Virus record (IMG/VR): IMGVR_UViG_3300027861_000011
Location: 96,001 to 160,000 of that record
Direction: 5' to 3' (one strand)
Source of the DNA: a virus
DNA: 64,000 nt
Shown here: one piece after another, positions 58,471-64,000 of the stretch
Layout: each line of letters starts with the position of its first letter
Position numbering within the stretch: the first letter of the stretch is position 1
Translations under genes and position numbers: made by a program
The notes under the pieces: model-generated
Seen by the model: only the letters and a program-made list of their open reading frames with translations
Database searches by the model: none
What the model was told of the DNA's origin: nothing

Positions 58471-58577
58471 TTATCCTTCTTAATGAATCTATTATAATAA
58501 CCACATAATGGTTATAAATTAGTATGATGGTTCAGTCTTATCATATCTTCCTCAGTTTTGGACGAGGAAGGGGTATT

Positions 58578-59234
58578 TTATGGTCTAGTCGATGTCCTTC
58601 TAATCTTTGTCATTAACCATCCAGTCTTTTCTTGAATTATTTCATACATCCTACTAACTGTACTCGGACTAGCGGTACCCATAAAGATAACACTTTTTAT
58701 TTTATGTTTCTTACAAGCCTTATGTAGTGCATGGTGAAGTCTTTGAGCATCCTTCTTACACTTACAAATAACCATTTCAAATTGGTCTTCATTATGAAGT
58801 ATTAATTTATTATGTACTACAATCATTTGTTTTACCATCTTCTTTTGGTAAGCACCCTCCATCATTGGTTTAACGATATCGTGAATTGTTACTCTATCTA
58901 CTTTTGGGTCTTTTGGCCACATCCAGAAGGTCTCTTCCTTTTGGTATTCATGGTCATTTAAAATAGTCCAATCCCCTAATGGCTTTTCTATATAGGTTCT
59001 ACCTAACTTATCCCTAAGAGCTCTAAATTCATCCCCCTCTTCAGTATCTTTGATAACTAGTATTTTATATTTAACTGGTTTAATACCATTATTATTAACA
59101 TATTGTTTGGGGAACACAACTTCCTTATTATTATCAATCAATAACCTATAATTAATAAAAGAAGTCTCTTTAGTCATACACCTATGTAGTGTTTTTTGAT
59201 ATTTTCCGTTCTTTGTTACAATTACCCTGTACAT
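58578..59234 (-). CDS. Hypothetical basic protein
   Basis: Long minus-strand ORF; ATG at 59234 just after a TATTTAT motif. Confidence 0.55.
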   Translation of the reverse strand: MYRVIVTKNGKYQKTLHRCMTKETSFINYRLLIDNNKEVVFPKQYVNNNGIKPVKYKILVIKDTEEGDEFRALRDKLGRTYIEKPLGDWTILNDHEYQKEETFWMWPKDPKVDRVTIHDIVKPMMEGAYQKKMVKQMIVVHNKLILHNEDQFEMVICKCKKDAQRLHHALHKACKKHKIKSVIFMGTASPSTVSRMYEIIQEKTGWLMTKIRRTSTRP

Positions 59235-59274
59235 ATTCAATAAATATACTTATATTTATTTTAAATTAAACACT

Positions 59275-59466
59275 ATGTATGAAGAGAATCCAACACCACT
59301 TAGAGAATTAAAAGATGGTGATAGATTTATAACAAAATCTGGTTCGGAATTAATCTATAATTATGCTATAGATGATGATAGACATAATATAGGTATAATA
59401 AATGGAAGTTCTTGGGATGTACCTAATGGGAACTACCCAAGTTTTAAATACAAAGGAAATGAGTAA
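59275..59466 (+). CDS. Small hypothetical protein
   Basis: 63-aa ORF overlapping the dnaJ start. Confidence 0.4.
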   Translation: MYEENPTPLRELKDGDRFITKSGSELIYNYAIDDDRHNIGIINGSSWDVPNGNYPSFKYKGNE

Positions 59467-60520
59467 AAGGGATTACTATAAAGTTTTAGGTCTTGATAAA
59501 TCAGCTAGTGATAGTGAGGTTAAGAAAGCCTATAGAAAGATGGCTATTAAATATCATCCAGATAAGAATCCAGATGATAAAGAATCAGAAAATAAGTTTA
59601 AAGAAGCTGCTGAAGCATATGAAACTTTATCTAACAAAGAGAAGAGAGAAGTATATGATGCGTATGGTCATAATGGTCCAGGTAACCAAGGTCACCAAGG
59701 TGGTCAAAATATGAATGACATATTCAGTTCTATGTTTGGTGGTAGAGACCCATTTAATAGACAAAGAGAAAGACAAAGAAAGGGACAAGATTTAATACTT
59801 AATATTAGAATTAGTCTTGAAGATATATTTAATGGCTCAACTAAGAAATTTAAATATAAAAGAAATACACCTTGTGGTACCTGTGATGGTGCTGGCGGTA
59901 AAAATGAACGAAATTGCCCAACCTGTCAAGGTAGAGGTCACGTTATAACCCACATCAATACCCAAATGGGTGTTATGCAACAAATGACCGAATGTGGTAA
60001 TTGTAAAAGTATTGGTAAGATTGTAGATGATGTATGTAATACTTGTAATGGTCATGGTGTTAATCTAAAGGAAGAAGTTATTGAAGTTAAAACACCACAT
60101 GGGGTTAGTGATTCAGACACCTTACAATACGTAGGGATGGGTCATGGAATTAAGAGTGGTCCATCTGGTAACTTATTAATTAGACTTACAACCACAAACC
60201 ATAAAGACTTTATTAGAAATGGTTATGACTTAAGATACACACTTAAATCATCTTACCATCAATTAGTATTAGGTGATAAGATAGAGGTACCAACAATTGA
60301 AGGTAGAAATATAAAAATTACTATACCAGAATATAGTAAAATAGGTGATGCACTTAGGATAACCAATAAGGGGTTAAAACATAAAAAAAGTCAAAAAAGG
60401 GGTGATATGATAATTATTTTAGATATAGAAATGCCAACAAAATTAAGTGATGTAGAGAGAGAGACTATAGAAAAATTAAAAAAAATAGGTGAAGGGGTTG
60501 AAACTTTGGAAAATGAATAA
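59459..60520 (+). CDS. dnaJ: DnaJ chaperone (type I)
   Basis: [11 protein letters not shown] motif, four CxxCxxxG Zn repeats, C-terminal GDMII domain. Confidence 0.95.
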   Translation: MSKRDYYKVLGLDKSASDSEVKKAYRKMAIKYHPDKNPDDKESENKFKEAAEAYETLSNKEKREVYDAYGHNGPGNQGHQGGQNMNDIFSSMFGGRDPFNRQRERQRKGQDLILNIRISLEDIFNGSTKKFKYKRNTPCGTCDGAGGKNERNCPTCQGRGHVITHINTQMGVMQQMTECGNCKSIGKIVDDVCNTCNGHGVNLKEEVIEVKTPHGVSDSDTLQYVGMGHGIKSGPSGNLLIRLTTTNHKDFIRNGYDLRYTLKSSYHQLVLGDKIEVPTIEGRNIKITIPEYSKIGDALRITNKGLKHKKSQKRGDMIIILDIEMPTKLSDVERETIEKLKKIGEGVETLENE

Positions 60521-60546
60521 TATATTTGGGTAATTAAAACAACAAA

Positions 60547-60759
60547 ATGAGTAAAGAAAATACGGCATCAACAGGAATAGGATTAGGTGGATTATTATTC
60601 ATCGTATTCTTAATCCTTAAGTTAGCTGAAATTGGTCAAGTATCTGATTGGTCATGGTGGTGGGTTACATCTCCATTATGGTTACCAGTAGCATTAGTTT
60701 TAGGTATGTTTGGTATTGTCTTTATATTTTTGGGGCTAGTAATGATTTTCGAAGAGTAA
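60547..60759 (+). CDS. Small membrane protein
   Basis: GIGLGGLLFIVFLILKL..WSWWWVTSPLW; TATATTTG at 60521. Confidence 0.6.
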   Translation: MSKENTASTGIGLGGLLFIVFLILKLAEIGQVSDWSWWWVTSPLWLPVALVLGMFGIVFIFLGLVMIFEE

Positions 60760-60793
60760 ATTAATAAACATAAATAAATAAATAAAAAGAAGT

Positions 60794-61225
60794 ATGGCAA
60801 ATTTTGAAGTACCTTACCCAGACACCGCAAAGATTTTTGAAGGTGCAATCGCTAAAGTTAATCTTGATAGAGTTATCAATATTGAGCTTTTAGCTGACGT
60901 TAAATCTAAAGATGTTTATAAAATCGTTAAAGCTAACGAGATTACAAAGTACGCAACTAAGAACGATGTCTATATAATAATCAATGACACAATCTTTGAT
61001 GGACTAGAAGAGTGGCAACAACTTATTATTGCTGAGGAAGCAATTACATGTATTATATTTAATGATGAGAAAGATAAGGTAGAAATTAAAAAGGGTGATG
61101 TAGGTATCACTAAGGTAGGTGCATTTTCTGGAATCCTTTCTAAATATGGTGCTGAAAGATATGAAGCAATTCAAGAAAGTGTTAAAACACTTTATAATGT
61201 TGAACAAGAAGAAGCTGAAGTATAA
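60794..61225 (+). CDS. Hypothetical protein
   Basis: 143-aa ORF. Confidence 0.5.
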   Translation: MANFEVPYPDTAKIFEGAIAKVNLDRVINIELLADVKSKDVYKIVKANEITKYATKNDVYIIINDTIFDGLEEWQQLIIAEEAITCIIFNDEKDKVEIKKGDVGITKVGAFSGILSKYGAERYEAIQESVKTLYNVEQEEAEV

Positions 61226-61518
61226 TGACTATTGAGGAAGTATCAGAATACAACGAAGAAGCATTAATCTGTGATGGCTTAGATGAAGCCATTATAGGTG
61301 TTGCTGAAAGGATAAACCTTGGACCCGTTGCTGCGTATAGTGTGGAAAAGATATTAGATATCTTAATTCCACAAATGGAACTTGACGAAGAAGACTTAAA
61401 GTTACCTATAGAAGAGCAAGAGAGTGTTTTATATGGAATGGCTATGGAACACTTTGAATATAATATTAAAGGAGCATGGATGGGAGAATTTACCCCAGTG
61501 TTTATATATACAAATTAA
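61225..61518 (+). CDS. Conserved-looking phage hypothetical protein
   Basis: DGLDEAIIG...Y....I...A.E.F.YNI.GAW.GE.TP motif. Confidence 0.55.
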   Translation: MTIEEVSEYNEEALICDGLDEAIIGVAERINLGPVAAYSVEKILDILIPQMELDEEDLKLPIEEQESVLYGMAMEHFEYNIKGAWMGEFTPVFIYTN

Positions 61519-61521
61519 GAT

Positions 61522-62250
61522 ATGATAGATTTTTATAATGAATTTCAGAACTATGCTACAAAGCACATGGGAATTAGTTCAGTCCAGTTTCATTACTGGG
61601 AGACACTACAAGCTAGTTTATATAATAACGTACAAGTAAGTGGACAAGTAAGTGGACAAGTAAGTGGTAGTATGACACCATATATCTTAGAAGAAAGAGA
61701 AATGAGGGTAACCCAAATGGATATATTTTCTAGACTTATGATGGACAGGATTCTTTGGGTTGCTGGACCAGTTAATGACCAAATGAGTACTGTTGTGGCA
61801 GCACAATTAATGTTTTTAGATAACATGGAACCAGGAAAACTTATTACTATGCACGTTGATTCCCCAGGTGGTTCAGTTAAGTCTGGGTTAAGTATGGTGG
61901 ATGTTATGAACTACGTATCATGTGATATATCAACTATTAATACTGGTATGGCCGCATCAATGGGTTCAATACTATTAGGAGCTGGAACAAAGGGCATGAG
62001 ATATTCTTTACCTAATTCAAAGGTAATGTTACATCAAGTATCTTCTGGAGCTCAAGGACATGTTGAAGACATGAAGATTAGTATTTCTGAAGCTGATAAG
62101 TACAATCAAAAACTGTTTAAGATGCTTGGTGAGTATTGCGGTAAAAGTAAGAAGCAAGTTCTTTTAGATTGTACTAGAGATAATTGGTTAGGAGCAGAAG
62201 AAGCTCTTGAGTATGGTATTATCGATGGTATTGTAAAGACAAAGAAATAA
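61522..62250 (+). CDS. clpP: ATP-dependent Clp protease proteolytic subunit
   Basis: DIFSRL..DRI, SPGGSV, GMAASMG (Ser), MLHQ (His), RDNW (Asp). Confidence 0.95.
   Translation: MIDFYNEFQNYATKHMGISSVQFHYWETLQASLYNNVQVSGQVSGQVSGSMTPYILEEREMRVTQMDIFSRLMMDRILWVAGPVNDQMSTVVAAQLMFLDNMEPGKLITMHVDSPGGSVKSGLSMVDVMNYVSCDISTINTGMAASMGSILLGAGTKGMRYSLPNSKVMLHQVSSGAQGHVEDMKISISEADKYNQKLFKMLGEYCGKSKKQVLLDCTRDNWLGAEEALEYGIIDGIVKTKK
61633..61668 (+). repeat. 12-bp tandem repeat (QVSG)x3 in the clpP 5' region
   Basis: caagtaagtgga x2 + caagtaagtggt. Confidence 0.9.
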
Positions 62251-62324
62251 AACTAAATAACCTCTTGACTATTATTTAGTTTTAATTATATTTATTATTA
62301 AGCGTTACTTCATTAAAAATAACA

Positions 62325-62660
62325 ATGCTTATGGAAACAATAATAGTATCAGTGTTGTCAACACTAGGTGCAGTTGCTTTAGTCTCGACTATTGTGGTTG
62401 CGTTTATAAAACTGACAAAAAAAGTTGATGTTACTATTTTCGATAGAGAAATAGAAAACATTTATAATGAAGTAAATAAGAGGTTTGATAATTTGAATCG
62501 TGATTTAGAACATAATGTCACGGAAATATATCAACAAATTAATGAAGAAAATGAAGAAATAAAACGATTCATTGATTCTAGGTGTGATAAGTTAGACACT
62601 AAAATAAAAGACTTAAATAACAATAAGGTATCAAACAGTAAGCAATTACTGACTGATTAA
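62325..62660 (+). CDS. N-anchored membrane coiled-coil protein
   Basis: Hydrophobic aa 6-29 then coiled coil. Confidence 0.55.
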   Translation: MLMETIIVSVLSTLGAVALVSTIVVAFIKLTKKVDVTIFDREIENIYNEVNKRFDNLNRDLEHNVTEIYQQINEENEEIKRFIDSRCDKLDTKIKDLNNNKVSNSKQLLTD

Positions 62661-62690
62661 ATAATAAAATAAAAAAAAGAAGTAACGCAT

Positions 62691-62724
62691 AAAAAGAGGA
62701 TTTCTAATGATTTCCTCTTTTTTT
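62691..62724. terminator. Intrinsic terminator
   Basis: aaaaagagga...tcctcttttttt. Confidence 0.75.
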
Positions 62725-62735
62725 ATTTAAAAAAC

Positions 62736-62766
62736 TTGACAATTAAGTAAAGTTTATGTATATTTG
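62736..62766 (+). promoter_or_regulatory. tmRNA promoter TTGACA-N17-TATATTTG
   Basis: Same architecture as 55156 and 63399. Confidence 0.75.
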
Positions 62767-62798
62767 GATATATATTAATAATAAGTTCTTTAAAATAT

Positions 62799-63166
62799 GG
62801 GAATGCCTGGCTATTGACTGTTTATAGTCGTGATTAGTAAGCATACAGTGTTAGATTGGAAACACTTAAATCATCTATCACCAAGTTTAAATGACAACGA
62901 GTTTGACATTGACGAAAACTTCCTTAATACTGCTTCTGTAGAAGTAAGTGAAGGAGAGGTAGCATTTGCCTAACGAATAATGCGATGGTGGTAATCCACC
63001 GACAGCTCTTTGACATAGAGTTAAATAAATGTTCAGAAGAATAGTTATCAGTAAACCGAACTGCAATAAGGGAACTGTTAAACTTTGCTAGAATTAGAAA
63101 CTAGATAAGTATGTAGAAAGCTCTTTATGAGTAAGCAAGACGTGAGTTCGAATCTCACCATTTCCA
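62799..63166 (+). ncRNA. ssrA: tmRNA (one-piece), CCA not encoded
   Basis: Acceptor stem GGGAAUG/CAUUUCC with G3:U70 pair and A discriminator; T arm GUGAG-UUCGAAU-CUCAC; P2 pairings; UAAAU|GAC resume context; tag ORF 62893-62973. Confidence 0.92.
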
Positions 63167-63358
63167 GACTACCGAAATTAACTCACTTGCACGTAGTGGT
63201 AGTTGCACACCAGAAATGGTGACTAGGAAGTTAATAAAAAATGTGGAGACTAGGGTCTTTTCGTGGAGATGGAATTACAGAGCATTGGAAATAAGGTGAA
63301 TCTCACCATTTCTACTTGACTTTTTTGTACTTTTGTACGGAAAATAAAACAACAATTA

Positions 63359-63388
63359 AAAAAAGCTTCCAATTCGGAGGCTTTTTTT
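63359..63388 (+). terminator. Intrinsic terminator after tmRNA
   Basis: aaaaaagcttcc-aattc-ggaggcttttttt. Confidence 0.8.
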
Positions 63389-63398
63389 ATTTTATTAC

Positions 63399-63429
63399 TT
63401 GACAAATTAAAATATAAGTAGTATATTTG
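63399..63429 (+). promoter_or_regulatory. Promoter TTGACA-N17-TATATTTG
   Basis: Upstream of the FKBP gene. Confidence 0.75.
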
Positions 63430-63460
63430 TGCTATAATAAAAAATTAAAAAAAAATTAAT

Positions 63461-63907
63461 ATGTCAGTAGTAACAGAAAAAAGTAAAGTAAAAGTACATT
63501 ACACAGGTAGATTTCCAGATGGTGAGATTTTCGATTCTTCAAAAGCAGTTGAGGGTAATGACCAATATTCAGATAAAGACCCATTAGATGTTGAATTAGG
63601 AAAGGGGTTGCTTATCCCAGGTTTTGAAAAAGGATTACAAGGTATGAAAGAAGGTGATACAAAAACAATTACCATTTCTTCTGAAGATGCGTATGGTCCA
63701 ATTCAAGAAGACCGCCTACAAGAAGTTGAAAAGTCGTTTGTACCAGATACGGTAAAAGAAGGTGAGATGCTTCAATCACAATCAGAAGAAGGGCCTATGA
63801 CCGTTACGGTTAAAGAAGTAAAAGAAAAAACAGTTGTATTGGATGCTAACCACCCACTAGCTGGTAAGGATTTAGTTTTTGAATTGGAAGTAGTAGCCAT
63901 TTCATAA
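63461..63907 (+). CDS. FKBP-type peptidyl-prolyl isomerase, SlyD/FkpB-like, no His-rich tail
   Basis: VHYTG...GEIFDSS, LIPGFE..L.GM, EDAYG, DANHPLAGKDL.F. Confidence 0.92.
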   Translation: MSVVTEKSKVKVHYTGRFPDGEIFDSSKAVEGNDQYSDKDPLDVELGKGLLIPGFEKGLQGMKEGDTKTITISSEDAYGPIQEDRLQEVEKSFVPDTVKEGEMLQSQSEEGPMTVTVKEVKEKTVVLDANHPLAGKDLVFELEVVAIS

Positions 63908-63931
63908 ACTATTGTTTAGTTAAGTTTTATC

Positions 63932-63960
63932 AAAAAACCCACTTAATAGTGGGTTTTTTT
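63932..63960. terminator. Intrinsic terminator
   Basis: aaaaaacccact-taat-agtgggttttttt. Confidence 0.85.
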
Positions 63961-63973
63961 AGTTATGGGTATA

Positions 63974-63986
63974 TATTTATAATAAA
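63974..63986 (+). promoter_or_regulatory. Putative late-promoter motif TATTTATAATAAA
   Basis: Exact 13-mer 24 nt before ATG 63998 at the window edge. Confidence 0.65.
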
Positions 63987-64000
63987 CGATTTTAATTATG

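Noticed and set aside
60794-61225. Phage metallopeptidase
   Set aside because: No HExxH motif (reads AEEAITC); similarity too weak
117-61826. Numerous short antisense or alternate-frame ORFs in the track (e.g. 501-746, 5224-5478, 37294-37896, 48265-48936)
   Set aside because: Shadow ORFs fully overlapping well-supported genes, with no motifs or start context
62891-62920. Protein-coding ORF starting at ATG 62891
   Set aside because: Short, inside tmRNA, and out of frame with the tag defined by the resume context
63263-63316. Canonical tRNA gene
   Set aside because: No TTCG T-loop, D arm or anticodon arm; kept only as a degenerate duplicate
59459-63907. Bacterial chromosomal fragment
   Set aside because: dnaJ, clpP, ssrA and FKBP lack their usual bacterial neighbours (dnaK/grpE, tig/clpX, smpB), are interleaved with phage-type ORFs and share phage promoter motifs
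1-64000. Stop-codon reassignment as in some Bacteroidetes phages
   Set aside because: Conserved genes are full length in the standard code, and TAG/TGA end genes at expected positions (e.g. nrdA TAG)

Overview
AT-rich, densely coding segment of a large (jumbo-type) contractile-tailed dsDNA phage, almost entirely on the + strand and read in the standard genetic code. The host is most likely a Bacteroidetes: TAnnTTTG promoters, a Bacteroidetes-type primary sigma homolog, SprB-like repeats, an Hc1/'histone H1'-like protein and A-rich leaders without obvious Shine-Dalgarno sites. Order: replicative helicase and class Ia ribonucleotide reductase (1-4.5 kb); baseplate and tail-fibre module with gp25-, gp6/J- and gpI-like proteins plus Cys-rich PA14-like and SprB-like adhesins (4.7-30.4 kb); replication/recombination genes (RuvC-like, primase, PD-(D/E)xK nuclease, HNH, Mre11/SbcD, Rad50/SbcC) with an inverted ADP-ribosyltransferase-like gene (30.5-38.7 kb); sigma factor; membrane/pseudo-amidase operon; putative head-internal proteins rich in (I/L)-x-E motifs; endolysin (39-50 kb); and an accessory host-takeover region (50-64 kb). 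The accessory region holds an H1-like protein, lipoproteins, a TROVE-like/vWA gene followed by a ~130-nt structured RNA candidate, GIY-YIG, a SiaC homolog with Ala at the phospho-Thr, DnaJ, ClpP, a complete tmRNA with an unusual 26-residue acidic tag ending -AFA, and an FKBP PPIase. Top leads: the tmRNA tag and proteostasis cluster, the TROVE-like gene plus RNA, the phospho-null SiaC, and a two-class promoter system. All family assignments come from motif recognition by eye; no database search was run.
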